From Acidimicrobiia bacterium (GTDB taxonomy: Bacteria; Actinomycetota; Acidimicrobiia; IMCC26256; JAGPDB01): DNA of 64,000 nt. The notes beneath the pieces are model-generated. The model saw only the letters and a list, made by a program, of their open reading frames with translations, did no database searches and was not told the DNA's origin. Where the stretch lies: positions 8,349 to 72,348 of the forward strand of contig JAXLRE010000009.1 of NCBI GenBank assembly GCA_046331265.1, written 5' to 3'. Position numbers and translations under genes: made by a program. Positions 46,223 through 57,761 of the stretch are shown one piece after another; position 1 is the first letter of the stretch, and each line of letters starts with the position of its first letter.

Positions 46223-47248
46223 ATGGCCACCGTTTATTACGATAAAGATGCAGATCTTTCATTATTGGAAGGAAAGAAGGTTGCAATTCTCGGCTATGGA
46301 AGCCAAGGCCATGCACATGCTCTTAACTTGAAAGAATCAGGTGTAAATGTTTGTGTTGGATTGCGTGAAGGGTCATCTTCGGCAGCAAAAGCAAAAGATG
46401 CTTCTTTAGAAGTTCTACCAATAGCCGAAGCTGTAAAACAAAGTGACGTAATTATGATTCTTCTTCCTGACACAGAGCAGGCAAAAGTTTATGAAGAGTC
46501 AATTGCGCCAAATTTAGAAGCAGGCAACTCAATAGCATTCGCTCATGGTTTCAATATTCAATATGAACAAATTAAACCACCTGCAGACATTGATGTTTGG
46601 ATGATCGCACCTAAAGGTCCAGGACATTTAGTTCGTAGAACATATGAAGCTGGTCAAGCTGTACCTGCATTGGTAGCTGTATATCAAGACGCAACTGGTA
46701 AAGCGCATGATATTGCACTTGCATATGCAAAAGGTATTGGTTCAACTCGTGCTGGCGTGCTAGAAACAACTTTCAAAGAAGAAACTGAGACAGACTTATT
46801 TGGTGAACAAGCTGTTCTATGTGGTGGTGTAGAAGAACTTATCAAAGCTGGGTTTGAGACACTAGTAGGTGCAGGATATCAACCGGAATCTGCATATTTT
46901 GAAACTCTTCACGAAGTTAAGTTAATTGTTGACTTAATTTATGAAGGTGGAATTGAAGCAATGAACTATTCTGTTTCCACTACCGCAGAATATGGTGGTT
47001 ACACTCGAGGGCCTCGCGTTATTACTGATGCTACAAAAGCTGAAATGCGCAAGATCTTAGATGAAATCCAAACTGGCGAATTCGCTAGAGAATGGATTGA
47101 AGAAAATAAATCTGGTCTAGAGAACTATAAGAAATTACAAAAACAAAGCAACGATCACCAAGTAGAAAAAGTCGGTAAAACTTTAAGAGCACTCATGCCA
47201 TTCATAGGGCAAGGCAACAAAAAAGTTCAAGACGTTTCTGGCGGATAA
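46223..47248 (+). CDS. ilvC: Ketol-acid reductoisomerase
   Basis: [17 protein letters not shown] motif, class I length (341 aa) and an AGGAAAGGA Shine-Dalgarno sequence. Confidence 0.95.
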   Translation: MATVYYDKDADLSLLEGKKVAILGYGSQGHAHALNLKESGVNVCVGLREGSSSAAKAKDASLEVLPIAEAVKQSDVIMILLPDTEQAKVYEESIAPNLEAGNSIAFAHGFNIQYEQIKPPADIDVWMIAPKGPGHLVRRTYEAGQAVPALVAVYQDATGKAHDIALAYAKGIGSTRAGVLETTFKEETETDLFGEQAVLCGGVEELIKAGFETLVGAGYQPESAYFETLHEVKLIVDLIYEGGIEAMNYSVSTTAEYGGYTRGPRVITDATKAEMRKILDEIQTGEFAREWIEENKSGLENYKKLQKQSNDHQVEKVGKTLRALMPFIGQGNKKVQDVSGG

Positions 47249-47255
47249 ATGTTTT

Positions 47256-47291
47256 AGAAGACCTGGTCTTTTATGGCCAGGTCATTCTTTT
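47256..47291. terminator. Hairpin between convergent ilvC and sensor gene
   Basis: AGAAGACCTGG (47256-47266) pairs with CCAGGTC-A-TTCT (47277-47288) and is followed by TTTT on the plus strand. Confidence 0.5.
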
Positions 47292-50139
47292 AACTGGCGC
47301 TACGACGAGAATCTAAATCAATAATGTCTGGCGTGCCATCAACATTTGGATCAGTAGATTCATCATCTTGTGTGCCTGTCTTAGGTTTAACATAAATAGC
47401 ACTAGCTATATTGAACTTATTTTCTTCTAAATGAAATTGCTCTGCTGGCTTAGGTCTAGAAAATAAGTATCCTTGGCCGTGCATGCAACCAATATTCTTT
47501 AATGATTCACGAGATGCTTTTGTTTCGATGCCTTCAGCTACAACAGTTAATTTCATTGATTTCGCTAAACCAATTAACGCATGAACAATAGCGGTGTCGT
47601 TATCATCTTTATCTAAACCAGAAATGAAGCTTTTATCTATTTTGAATCCATCTATAGGGAATCGCTTTAAGTATGCAAGCGACGAGTAGCCTGTTCCAAA
47701 ATCATCGACACGTAATTTATATCCCATTGAATGGATTTCATTTAGAATTGTTATCGCATGGCGAGTATCACCAAGCAATACACTTTCGGTTATTTCTAGA
47801 ATTAAAGAATTTTCTGCAGGAGCGATTTCGGTTTGAATCTTATCTAGCATGTCCAATAAATTTTCATCACTTAACTGTCTGACGGCAAGGTTGACGCTCA
47901 TGGTTAAGGGAGTTCCGTCGCTTTGACAATAATAGTTTTGCCATTTTTTAAGTTGCTTAAATGCTTCGAACATTACGAACTTTCCTATATCGAGGATAAG
48001 TCCAGTGTCTTCTGCCATTGGTATGAACTCATCTGGAGAAATTAAGCCTTTCTTTGGATGATGCCATCTAACTAGAGCTTCGAATCCAGATATTTCTCCA
48101 GTATCTAAACGAATAATAGGTTGGTAAAAAACTTTCATCTCATTATTAGCAACACCATGATGTAGCTCGTTGACGGTTTGGAGTTCGCGCATAACACGTT
48201 TGTGAACTTGATGATCAGCTGTTTCAATCCTGTTTCTACCTAATTCCTTTGCACGGTACATAGCCGAATCAGCGTCACGTAAAAGAGATTGTGGATCGTG
48301 ATTTTGGCCGTCAGAAAGCAGAACTCCGATCGAACATGAAATATATGCTTCTCCGTCTTGGAGTGAAAATGGTTTGATTACTTCAGAGAGGATTTCATTG
48401 GCTATTAAATGTGTAGCTGATTCGCTCGTTGGTGGAGCGATAAGTACAACAAATTCGTCGCCTCCAAATCTTGCGACCGTACCTCGTTCTCCAACAACAC
48501 GCTTTAATCTGTGTGCAATAGTCTGAATCACTTGATCTCCGACTGCATGTCCTAGTGAGTCGTTAATAACTTTGAATCTATCGAGGTCTATAAAAAGTAT
48601 TCCTAAGGTTTCGTGTTGCGCAGAAGCTAAACGTAAAGCTTCATCTATACGTTCAATAAAATAAGTTCGGTTAGCTAAACCTGTAAGTGGGTCATGTATT
48701 GCTAGATATTGAAGACGTTGTTCGGAAGTTTTTCTTTCGGAAATATCTTCAATCTGATAAACAAGATAACTATTTCCACCAGATTGTGGAAGTTCGGATA
48801 CTGAAACTGATCCCCAAGATACTGAGCCTTCACGCTCTATAAAGCGAACCTCATATTCGACTCTTGCAACTTTGTTGTAAACACCATGACTCATGCGCAA
48901 ATGAGTTTCTCTATCATCTGGATGTATTAACCAAATAAGCTCAGTTCCAACTAAATCGGCAGGGAATTGTGAAAGCATTGTGCCGAATGCAATATTTGCT
49001 TTTACAATAATCCCATTTTCATCTACCAACATTAGCCCTGTTGGCCCATTTTCGAATGCAATTCTGAAACGTGCTTCACTTTCAGATATGGCATCCAAAG
49101 ATTTATTTTGGTCTTTTGTTAGCCGTTGATTCTCAAAATGACTTATTATTTGCCCTACCAAAGTTACAAAGAACAATGCTACGAAAGAGAGAGCAACGAT
49201 TGGTGAAATAGTTTGTGTGTAAATCAATTTTGCGATGGTGAAGATGATCACTCCGAAGACAATCACAAACACACCTAAGCGAAGCTGTCTGTCGCTTACT
49301 TCATTTGCAAGTTTTGTAGGTCGTCCATTTGATCTTGTTGCAGAATAGCAATAAAGAGCAGCTGCAATAAATAAACATAACCTTGCATAAGGCCTTGTCG
49401 ATAAGCTTCCTCTGAACTGATCTGTAACCCACATCATGTCAGCGCTAGCTTGAAGAACCATTCCAATTCCTATTGGCAATATCATTTTGTCTAGTCGTCT
49501 ATAGAGCATCATAGACAATGCAAGTGATGCAAAAATTACATCGAGAATGAAAAACGCAAACTGAAGTTTCGTGTTTTCATTTAGCAATCCTTTTTCACTG
49601 CTAACAAGTTCAACTATAAATGTTAAACAAACGAATACAACAGCACATGAAGTTGCTAATGCGTCTAATGCAATTCTGAGTTTTTCCATTTGTCGCAAAC
49701 CATGCATTCCAACCATGAATACTCCAATGATTGCTAATGGTATTGCTATTAAGAAAAATATATCTGCAAGTGAAACTGGTAATTCAGGTGTTCTGTAAAT
49801 TACTATGCATGCTCCATATATGAATTGGCCTATTGTCCAAAAGACACATGCGATAGAAAGAAACCTCCAACCAATTATTTTTTCTTTTCTTGCTAATCGT
49901 ATCGATCCAAAAATTGCTATGAAAGCAAAAAGACCTTTGGTCCATTCAATTAGAGCAGAGAAGTAGACATTAAAATCGCTATCTACATTTTTCTTATGGA
50001 TAAACATCCATAATCCATAAACTCCGATTAATGGACCGAGTACAAAAGGATTTGTTGCAAAGCGTCCTGCTTTAAAAAGGATTTTTCCCCTAAGGGTTTC
50101 TCCGCTATCCATATCAGGATTATCGGCTATTTTCGTCAA
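47290..50139 (-). CDS. Polytopic membrane sensor: about 9-10 TM, PAS, GGDEF and EAL
   Basis: 949 aa with a roughly 330-aa multi-helix N-terminus and a PAS/PAC region. GGDEF domain has RFGGDEF with no RxxD I-site. The EAL domain is intact (FEALVRW, EITES, DDFGTGYSSLAYL, AEGIET, QGYLF). The listed start is TTG, so the start is uncertain. Confidence 0.88.
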   Translation of the reverse strand: MTKIADNPDMDSGETLRGKILFKAGRFATNPFVLGPLIGVYGLWMFIHKKNVDSDFNVYFSALIEWTKGLFAFIAIFGSIRLARKEKIIGWRFLSIACVFWTIGQFIYGACIVIYRTPELPVSLADIFFLIAIPLAIIGVFMVGMHGLRQMEKLRIALDALATSCAVVFVCLTFIVELVSSEKGLLNENTKLQFAFFILDVIFASLALSMMLYRRLDKMILPIGIGMVLQASADMMWVTDQFRGSLSTRPYARLCLFIAAALYCYSATRSNGRPTKLANEVSDRQLRLGVFVIVFGVIIFTIAKLIYTQTISPIVALSFVALFFVTLVGQIISHFENQRLTKDQNKSLDAISESEARFRIAFENGPTGLMLVDENGIIVKANIAFGTMLSQFPADLVGTELIWLIHPDDRETHLRMSHGVYNKVARVEYEVRFIEREGSVSWGSVSVSELPQSGGNSYLVYQIEDISERKTSEQRLQYLAIHDPLTGLANRTYFIERIDEALRLASAQHETLGILFIDLDRFKVINDSLGHAVGDQVIQTIAHRLKRVVGERGTVARFGGDEFVVLIAPPTSESATHLIANEILSEVIKPFSLQDGEAYISCSIGVLLSDGQNHDPQSLLRDADSAMYRAKELGRNRIETADHQVHKRVMRELQTVNELHHGVANNEMKVFYQPIIRLDTGEISGFEALVRWHHPKKGLISPDEFIPMAEDTGLILDIGKFVMFEAFKQLKKWQNYYCQSDGTPLTMSVNLAVRQLSDENLLDMLDKIQTEIAPAENSLILEITESVLLGDTRHAITILNEIHSMGYKLRVDDFGTGYSSLAYLKRFPIDGFKIDKSFISGLDKDDNDTAIVHALIGLAKSMKLTVVAEGIETKASRESLKNIGCMHGQGYLFSRPKPAEQFHLEENKFNIASAIYVKPKTGTQDDESTDPNVDGTPDIIDLDSRRSAS

Positions 50140-50180
50140 AAAAAACAGTGATTTTACCCTAAAACATCACAAAGTAGTTA

Positions 50181-51572
50181 CTAACTAGTAATATTTGTTG
50201 TATTGGTAACAATAATGTCCGAATTGTCCGATTCAATTAGTTTTGCTAGATGCAACAATTCATAATCGTGATTACGTTTAGCGATTATTTGAACTCCATA
50301 AGGCTGCTTAGAATCCTTAGATTTAAATGGAATAGTTATAGATGGTAATCCTGCAACATTGGCAGGGAAGCAAAGCCCAGAGTAAATGAATGGAGCATTC
50401 TCTGGATCACTTTCAACTCTTCCGTGAATTGGTGCAAAATCGCCAATAGTTGGAGTAACTAAAAAATCGTAATTTTCAAACCACTCATTAAATTTTTGAG
50501 TAAAAGGATTTATTGATTCACAAGCATTTAAATATTGGTCTTTATTTATTTTGTTACCTAAGTGATAGAAATATTGAGTTTCATTTTCACATTCATCTAT
50601 CGTCAAAGATGTTGACCGTTGTTTCATGACCAAGAAATCGTTGTAAACGTTATATGCAATAATATCTAAAAAGTCATTAATAAAACTCAAGTCATCAAAA
50701 CACGTCGGTGAAGAATTGCTTACAATCGAACCTTTTGATCCAAGGTAATTAATAAAGCTAATGGTTCCTTCTCTTATATCAGGGATAACTCTATATAGAT
50801 TTGCGAAGCCATCTAAACGAAAACCAAATTTAACAGAACTTAAACTATTAAATATTGTGTTTGCTTTTTTAATTTCACTTAAAACATTGAACGTAGAAGT
50901 TAGGTTATCAACATTATTTGAAATTAAACCTTTACAAACTAAGCCGCCCCAAAACTCTTTGAATAGAGGTCCAAGATCAATGCCATCTCGACTAGGTTTA
51001 AAACCAAATACGCCACAACAAGCAGAAGGTATTCGTATACTTCCACCGCCATCAGATCCAGTAGCGACTAAAGCATAACCTGCGGCAACGCTAGCTGCAG
51101 CGCCACCAGAGGAACCACCAGAATTTCGTGTTAGGTCCAAAGGGTTATTGCAGGGACCATGTGCTTTGGATTTTGTAGTTACTGTTAACGCGAGCTCTGG
51201 ATTATTTGTTTTTCCAATTATTATTGCGCCAGCATTTTGAAGCTTGGAAACGCTAGTCGAAGTAAAGCTATCACAGAACTTCTCACTTTTTAGTTTTTTG
51301 TTTCCCCACGAATTTTCTGTATTAATAATTGCTGAATCTATTTCCTTTACGAAAATGGGAACACCTAGTAGAGGTAAATCAATTTGATTTCTTTTGAGAT
51401 TATTAACTCTCTCAAGTTCACCTTCGATAAAGGAATCATTTTGCCAAACTACAGCATTAATTTGTTCGTTTGTATTTTGTATCTTGCTTAAACATTCTGA
51501 AATGGTATCTTCAATTTTTAATGATCCATCTTTATGAAGAGATGCTATTAAATCGATACTGTCATATTTCAT
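50181..51572 (-). CDS. Amidase-signature family amidase
   Basis: GGSSGGAAASVAAG signature with the upstream Lys (PIFVKEID). Its ATG overlaps the end of menE by 11 nt. Confidence 0.85.
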   Translation of the reverse strand: MKYDSIDLIASLHKDGSLKIEDTISECLSKIQNTNEQINAVVWQNDSFIEGELERVNNLKRNQIDLPLLGVPIFVKEIDSAIINTENSWGNKKLKSEKFCDSFTSTSVSKLQNAGAIIIGKTNNPELALTVTTKSKAHGPCNNPLDLTRNSGGSSGGAAASVAAGYALVATGSDGGGSIRIPSACCGVFGFKPSRDGIDLGPLFKEFWGGLVCKGLISNNVDNLTSTFNVLSEIKKANTIFNSLSSVKFGFRLDGFANLYRVIPDIREGTISFINYLGSKGSIVSNSSPTCFDDLSFINDFLDIIAYNVYNDFLVMKQRSTSLTIDECENETQYFYHLGNKINKDQYLNACESINPFTQKFNEWFENYDFLVTPTIGDFAPIHGRVESDPENAPFIYSGLCFPANVAGLPSITIPFKSKDSKQPYGVQIIAKRNHDYELLHLAKLIESDNSDIIVTNTTNITS

Positions 51573-52767
51573 ATTGGTCTACCAACTCCGCACTTTCAGA
51601 GGCTTTATTTCTGCTTATCTTTAAGACTCCATCGAAGTATTCATCATCAACCGAATACAATCTAATTGGCAAATGTGTTGCAGGGACAAGGTCGCGTAAT
51701 GTGTCTCGTATGTTTTTAATATTCAAATTGACCGCTTGTGATTTTTTGATTCCAATTGATAAGCACGAACCGAGCTTATCGTGAGGATTAGGAAATAAAA
51801 CAAAGTCTAAGTTGTTTAACTTGCTTTTAAATATTCTTTCTAAGTCAATTAGATCAATTTTAATTCCACCAGAAATAATGACATCATCTAATCGTCCAAG
51901 GATATTTAGTCTTCCATCAATAATCTCTGCTCTATCTTTAGTTATAAAGTAGCCGTCATTTGTAAAAGAGTCATTGGTTAATGAATATTCATGTCTGTAT
52001 CCTGACATTAGAGATTTTGATTTTATCTGCAAAATCGAATCGATAATTCTTGGAGTCGTTCCTTGTAGAAAATCTCCGTTTATGCAAATACCTCCGAAGG
52101 TTTCTGTCATTCCATATGTCCAATAGACATTTAGTTGTCTCTTCGCACACTGTTCTAATAGCTGATCGTCGATATGGGAGCCACCTATTAATATTGCTTT
52201 TAGGCTTTCTAGGCTGCATTCATATTTCATTAGTTCTTTTAGCTGAGAGGGCATAAGAGAAATTGCGCTAAAAGTACCAAGACTTATTTCATTACAAAGA
52301 AATTCGGCATCGAACTTTTCTTGATGTAAAAATTGTGAACCAGAAATAAAACATCTAGCTAATATTGAAAGCCCTGCAATGTAGTGCAATGGCAAAACGC
52401 ACATCCATGAGTCATTTTTATCTAGTCGACAGTATTCATATATAGAATTTACGCTGTTTTCCATTGCACTAAAAGTTAATTCGACTGGTTTAGGCTGTGA
52501 AATAGTTCCGGAAGTAAAAACAACTGCTGCTAGATCCTCATTTTCAACAATTGCTAGATCTCTTACATATGAAGTGTTTTCTCGCAAGTTTATAACCTCA
52601 TTTGGATCTAACTTAACTATTAGCTCATCTACAACATTTTTAGGGAAAGATAGTGGGATTAAACTTATAGCATCATGGTTTTCCCATGATTTTTTAATAT
52701 TTTCTATGAGCTTATCTGTACATTCATAGGTTGAATCGTAGAGAAAAGTTCTAAGATATTTAGACAT
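51562..52767 (-). CDS. menE: o-Succinylbenzoate-CoA ligase (short actinobacterial type adenylate-forming enzyme)
   Basis: AMP-binding motif FTSGTISQPKP and YGMTET. It lies within the men cluster, divergent from menB. Confidence 0.8.
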   Translation of the reverse strand: MSKYLRTFLYDSTYECTDKLIENIKKSWENHDAISLIPLSFPKNVVDELIVKLDPNEVINLRENTSYVRDLAIVENEDLAAVVFTSGTISQPKPVELTFSAMENSVNSIYEYCRLDKNDSWMCVLPLHYIAGLSILARCFISGSQFLHQEKFDAEFLCNEISLGTFSAISLMPSQLKELMKYECSLESLKAILIGGSHIDDQLLEQCAKRQLNVYWTYGMTETFGGICINGDFLQGTTPRIIDSILQIKSKSLMSGYRHEYSLTNDSFTNDGYFITKDRAEIIDGRLNILGRLDDVIISGGIKIDLIDLERIFKSKLNNLDFVLFPNPHDKLGSCLSIGIKKSQAVNLNIKNIRDTLRDLVPATHLPIRLYSVDDEYFDGVLKISRNKASESAELVDQYEI

Positions 52768-52817
52768 AGTTATAACTTAGAACAAAATGATTAAAAGCTA
52801 TAAAGCAGGACGGAAAT

Positions 52818-53708
52818 ATGGATAATTTTTCTGATATAGAAATAAATGATAATGGCCGCGAAATTGTTCCAGCAGCGAATTGGAAGCCTGGTTGCGATGA
52901 AGAACTGCAAGATATTACATATGAACTGTCGTCATTGGATGATCCAGTAGCTATTGCAAAAATAACGATTTGCAGACCTCAGGTTCGGAATGCTTTTCGA
53001 CCACAAACTGTCAAAGAAATAATGAAAGTTTTAGATATAGCTCGCGACGATAAGCGTGTTGGTTGCATTATTTTAACTGGCCTGGGATCTAAAGCATTCT
53101 GCTCCGGCGGTGATCAAAGCGTTCGCCATGATGATGGATATGTTGGAGACGACGGAATCGGTAGATTGAATGTTTTAGACCTGCAAATTCAAATTAGACG
53201 TACTCCTAAACCTGTAATCGCAATGGTTGCTGGCTATGCAGTCGGTGGCGGTCAAGTATTAAATGTCGTATGTGATCTATCAATTGCAGCAGACAATGCA
53301 ATATTCGGTCAGACTGGCCCTAAGGTTGGTTCATTTGACGGAGGTTACGGGGCCGGTCTTCTCGCTAGAAGTGTAGGTCAAAAAAAATCACGAGAAATTT
53401 GGTTCTTATGTAGACAATATAATGCTCAACAAGCTCTAGATATGGGGCTGATTAACACAGTTGTTCCTGTTGAAGATTTAGAGAAAGAAACGGTGCAATG
53501 GTGTAACGAAATGTTGCAACTTTCGCCCATGTCTTTGCGGTTATTAAAAGCTGCGCATAATGCAGCTGATGACGGACTCGCAGGAATTCAACAGCTAGCT
53601 GGTGATGCCACACTTCTCTATTATATGAATGAAGAGGCACATGAAGGTCGCGATTCGTATGTCAACAAACAAAAACCAGACTTTACAAAGTTTCCGCGAA
53701 GGCCTTAA
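52818..53708 (+). CDS. menB: 1,4-dihydroxy-2-naphthoyl-CoA synthase
   Basis: Crotonase fold with KAFCSGGDQ, and a C-terminal [13 protein letters not shown] tail typical of MenB. Confidence 0.93.
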   Translation: MDNFSDIEINDNGREIVPAANWKPGCDEELQDITYELSSLDDPVAIAKITICRPQVRNAFRPQTVKEIMKVLDIARDDKRVGCIILTGLGSKAFCSGGDQSVRHDDGYVGDDGIGRLNVLDLQIQIRRTPKPVIAMVAGYAVGGGQVLNVVCDLSIAADNAIFGQTGPKVGSFDGGYGAGLLARSVGQKKSREIWFLCRQYNAQQALDMGLINTVVPVEDLEKETVQWCNEMLQLSPMSLRLLKAAHNAADDGLAGIQQLAGDATLLYYMNEEAHEGRDSYVNKQKPDFTKFPRRP

Positions 53709-54590
53709 GTGGAAACAATAAAAAACTTTTATCACGGAGCACGTCCAAAAACTCTAAGCGCTGCTATAGCTCCTGTATTAATTGCTGTAGGTATGGCATA
53801 TAGTCAACATGAAAACCACAAAATAAGCATGCCATTAATTGCTGCTTGTTTTGTTGTTTCAATATTTTTTCAAATCGGCGTTAATTACGCCAATGATTAT
53901 TCAGACGGAATTAAAGGAACGGACGAAAATAGAGTTGGTCCAATGCGTTTAGTCGGATCTGGCAAAGCTTCGCCGAGATCTGTTTTTATTGCAACTAATA
54001 TATGCTTTCTTATTGCTTGTATCGCAGGACTATACATCTCATTTCAAACGACATTTTGGCTTATTGCTATAGGACTGGTATGTGTTCTCCTTGCATGGTT
54101 TTACACTGGGGGTAAGCATCCTTATGGGTACTATGGTTTTGGGGAACTAAGTGCATTCTTAACCTTTGGCCTTCTAGCAACTACAGGCTCGTTTTACGTC
54201 CTTACCGAAAAAATTACATTTGAATCTGTAATCGCTGGACTCATTCCAGGCATGTTTTCAATAGCAATATTATTAGCCAACAATATTCGTGATATTAAAA
54301 CAGATATTGAATCTAACAAAAAAACATTACCTGTTCGATTAGGCAAAAAATATTCACAGTATTTTTATGCACTCGTCATATTGTTAGTGGCACTCTGGAT
54401 AGTGATATTAGGTATCACTTTTCATTATGTTTTGTTCGCTCTGGCTGCTTCACCTTTGCTTTATGTATTGGCAAAAAAAATATTTGGAGCAAATAATCCA
54501 AAGGATTACATATATATTCTTGTTAATACTTCTAAATTAAATCTTTTCTTTTCTGTCATTATTTTTGGTCTACTAATGCTGGACATATAA
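53709..54590 (+). CDS. menA: 1,4-dihydroxy-2-naphthoate polyprenyltransferase
   Basis: UbiA-family polytopic protein with the Asp-rich motif NYANDYSDGIKGTD. The GTG start abuts the menB stop. Confidence 0.88.
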   Translation: METIKNFYHGARPKTLSAAIAPVLIAVGMAYSQHENHKISMPLIAACFVVSIFFQIGVNYANDYSDGIKGTDENRVGPMRLVGSGKASPRSVFIATNICFLIACIAGLYISFQTTFWLIAIGLVCVLLAWFYTGGKHPYGYYGFGELSAFLTFGLLATTGSFYVLTEKITFESVIAGLIPGMFSIAILLANNIRDIKTDIESNKKTLPVRLGKKYSQYFYALVILLVALWIVILGITFHYVLFALAASPLLYVLAKKIFGANNPKDYIYILVNTSKLNLFFSVIIFGLLMLDI

Positions 54591-54591
54591 A

Positions 54592-55431
54592 GTGCATAGT
54601 ATTCAAAAACTTCGATGGAAAGAAGTAGTAAGTGACGTATTGACTTCAAGTGATATTGCATACGAATGGTTTAAAGTTTCATTTTCAAGTGGATATACAA
54701 CAGATGATCGAGATGGTATATATGTATCTGGCCCTTATGGTATTGCGGAAGTATCACCATTACCTGCATATTTCGACGATGACTTATTTTGTCTATTAGC
54801 TGCAATTGATACAGTTTCAAAACCATGGCCAAATATTATTGAAAGTGAAATAAAGATAAACGGTCTTGTATCAAATGATTATGACTTAGAGAAAGATGAG
54901 CTAAATAGCTTTGATTGTATAAAGGTAAAAGTTCATACTTTAAGAGACTGTGAACGAGTTAAAAAAGTTAGAGATATATACGGTAACTCAAAAAAAATAC
55001 GGATTGATTGTAATGCTAGATTCAGCGTGGAAGAAGCGTTAGAGATAGCACAAATTCTTAAATCAGTAGATTTAGAAATGATCGAACAGCCTTGTAGGAC
55101 AATAAAAAAATGTGCGAAGGTGAGAAAAAAAATCGATATTCCTATATGTATTGATGAGCTAGCCAGAAATTTTGAAGAAATCGATGAGATCAAACGTAAA
55201 GAAGCTGCTGATATTATCGCAATAAAAATTCAACCATGTGGGGGACTACATAAAGCATACGAACTCTCTCAATATTGGGGAGGTGATGTGATTGTGTCAC
55301 ATATGATGGAAACAGAAGTGGGGCTAAACGTTGCTACCACCTTGGCTAAGTCGCTACATAAAAGTAATTATGCGCATGGTCTGAATCCTTTACCTATTAA
55401 AAAATTGATTAGAGAACCACTGGATAGCTAA
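54592..55431 (+). CDS. menC: o-Succinylbenzoate synthase (enolase superfamily)
   Basis: KVKV motif and metal-ligand contexts IRIDCNA, MIEQP and CIDE. Located in the men cluster. Confidence 0.8.
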   Translation: MHSIQKLRWKEVVSDVLTSSDIAYEWFKVSFSSGYTTDDRDGIYVSGPYGIAEVSPLPAYFDDDLFCLLAAIDTVSKPWPNIIESEIKINGLVSNDYDLEKDELNSFDCIKVKVHTLRDCERVKKVRDIYGNSKKIRIDCNARFSVEEALEIAQILKSVDLEMIEQPCRTIKKCAKVRKKIDIPICIDELARNFEEIDEIKRKEAADIIAIKIQPCGGLHKAYELSQYWGGDVIVSHMMETEVGLNVATTLAKSLHKSNYAHGLNPLPIKKLIREPLDS

Positions 55432-56079
55432 AGAAAGAGTATTCGGACTTTCTAAAAAGATTCTATGGTCGCTATCTAAAACTATATGATTAGAGAACGG
55501 TGTCATTTTTTTATACTTTGCCGATAGTTGAGTATATTTTTTATCTCTAGCTCCACTTATATATGCGACTGGAATCGAAATTGAATTTAGTCTGTTTTCA
55601 TAATTTGGCATTGAGCCTAGGCCTAAATTTCGTAATTGCGAAGCAACTATATTTTCATCGTTGATTCTTAGACTATCTAGGTATTCTTGTTGTTCCTGTG
55701 AGTATTGAGAGAAAACATCTTTCATATCAAAGCTTTTGTAGAAACTATCCAGATCATTTTTAGCTAATTCAGCATTTTCAAAATCCTGAATTTTTCTAGA
55801 TTCTTGCTCTTGTGCATTCAGTCCAGCATTAACACTGATTAGAACCATTCCTCTAAATGTACCTGGATATTGAGCTTCAATTGCTAGTGCAAGTCGTGCC
55901 CCTTGTGAATATCCAACGACTAAATGATTCTTAGGTATTTTTGTATGTAATTCATCAAGTATGGATAGATAATCTTGGTCTATATTAAACTCTATTGATT
56001 GTGAATTGTTTAATGAATCAACGTTCGAATACATGCTTGGTTTTAAAGAAAAACCAGGAAAGCATATAGTGTCTAACAT
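55390..56079 (-). CDS. menH: Alpha/beta hydrolase, probable SHCHC synthase
   Basis: Nucleophile elbow GYSQGARLA and C-terminal His (SDHRIF). Divergent from menD, with start codons 14 nt apart. The functional call rests on context. Confidence 0.6.
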   Translation of the reverse strand: MLDTICFPGFSLKPSMYSNVDSLNNSQSIEFNIDQDYLSILDELHTKIPKNHLVVGYSQGARLALAIEAQYPGTFRGMVLISVNAGLNAQEQESRKIQDFENAELAKNDLDSFYKSFDMKDVFSQYSQEQQEYLDSLRINDENIVASQLRNLGLGSMPNYENRLNSISIPVAYISGARDKKYTQLSAKYKKMTPFSNHIVLDSDHRIFLESPNTLSLAIQWFSNQFFNR

Positions 56080-56093
56080 CTAGCTATTTTCTC

Positions 56094-57761
56094 ATGAATC
56101 CTAATGTCACCGCCTCTTTTGCTTTAATAAAAACATTAAAAATGCTTGGCGTCGAACAATGCGTAATTTCACCAGGATCGAGGTCAACACCCATTGCTTA
56201 TGCAGCTATAAACGAACTTGAATCAACAGTAATTATTGATGAAAGAGATGCAGGGTTTACGGCATTAGGGATTGCTGAATCATCTAATAAACCTTGTATC
56301 GTAATAACAACTTCGGGGTCAGCACCAGCACATTTATTTCCAAGTGTTGTTGAAGCGTACTATTCAAATGTTGCTGTAATAGTTATTAGTGCTGATAGAC
56401 CTGAGGGTGCTCGAGGAAAAGGACAAGCTCAGACTATAAACCAAGTAGATATGTTTGGATCACATGTCAGATTATCAATTGATGCACCTTCGCCGAACAT
56501 GCAAAATGACAATATGTTTTGGGCATTACTCGCAAATGATCTTTATCGATCTTCGTTAAAAGGTCCAGTACATTTAAATATTGGATTTAACGAACCATTA
56601 GTTCCTGATGGCGATGAAAATATTGGCGAAATTAATTTAGAAAACCAAAAATACACAGATGATACAGATCAAATTAGCGACGGCCTGCTTGATCTAATTA
56701 GTAAATCAGAAAAAATTATTGCAACTGTAGGAAGAAAAAATCAATGTAGTAGTAATTCATTCGAAAAACTGATGGGTACATTAAATATTCCGGTCTTGGC
56801 TGATGTCACAAGCAATATTAGAAATTCAAGCAAAGTAATAACTAATTATGACTTTATTATGCGCACCAGTCACAAAGATTTACAACCAGACTTAGTTCTT
56901 CAATTTTCTGATCCACTTACTTCAAAAAAATTTAATAAACATATTGAAAATACTGATGTAGTCTCTATAAAAAATTTCGATGATGGTTTTTCTCCGTTTA
57001 GTAATGTAATCGAGAATATTAATTCAGTTAATTTTGATGACACTATTGAAGATCTAATTGCAGACGTAAAGCCAAAAGATGCTGGATATATAAAAAAATG
57101 GAATAAATATTCATCTAGTATTTCTGAAAGTAATATTGAGACTTTTGGTGAAGTAAAAATATATGAAGAGCTAAGTGCCTTTATAGACAATTATGACAAA
57201 AATTTGAATCTTCTCTTAGCGTCTTCAATGCCAATTAGATATAGCGAATGGTTCCTCAATTCAATCCCTGAAAATGTCAATGTATTTTCGCATAGAGGTA
57301 CTAATGGTATAGATGGAATGGTCTCATCTTCGCTCGGGATATCAATTGGGTCAAAAAAAGATGTTTTATGTGTTGTTGGTGATGTCGCATTGACGCATAA
57401 TATTGGCTTTCTTGGATCGTGTAATGAAATCGCTAAAAGGAATTCATCAAAAATAGTCTTTGCTCTAGTGGACAATGATGGTGGGGCAATATTTAGTCAT
57501 CTTGATCAGGCAGATAATACTTCATTGAAAAATAACTATTCTGACTTATATATAACAAAGCCAAATATAAACTATGAAAGCCTATGTTCAGCTCTAGGTA
57601 TTAACTATTTTGAATTTGAAAATGATAAAAACTTTAAACACATAGAAGAGTATTTAAACGGAAATATAAACGGTGTGTGTATAGTTAAGTTTAAAGTCGA
57701 TCATTATTCAGGAAGAAAATGTATGATCAAAATAAATGAGCTATTGGCTGATATTCATTAA
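56094..57761 (+). CDS. menD: SEPHCHC synthase (ThDP-dependent)
   Basis: N-terminal ISPGSRSTP and ThDP motif GDVALTHNIG...VDNDGGAIF. Confidence 0.9.
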   Translation: MNPNVTASFALIKTLKMLGVEQCVISPGSRSTPIAYAAINELESTVIIDERDAGFTALGIAESSNKPCIVITTSGSAPAHLFPSVVEAYYSNVAVIVISADRPEGARGKGQAQTINQVDMFGSHVRLSIDAPSPNMQNDNMFWALLANDLYRSSLKGPVHLNIGFNEPLVPDGDENIGEINLENQKYTDDTDQISDGLLDLISKSEKIIATVGRKNQCSSNSFEKLMGTLNIPVLADVTSNIRNSSKVITNYDFIMRTSHKDLQPDLVLQFSDPLTSKKFNKHIENTDVVSIKNFDDGFSPFSNVIENINSVNFDDTIEDLIADVKPKDAGYIKKWNKYSSSISESNIETFGEVKIYEELSAFIDNYDKNLNLLLASSMPIRYSEWFLNSIPENVNVFSHRGTNGIDGMVSSSLGISIGSKKDVLCVVGDVALTHNIGFLGSCNEIAKRNSSKIVFALVDNDGGAIFSHLDQADNTSLKNNYSDLYITKPNINYESLCSALGINYFEFENDKNFKHIEEYLNGNINGVCIVKFKVDHYSGRKCMIKINELLADIH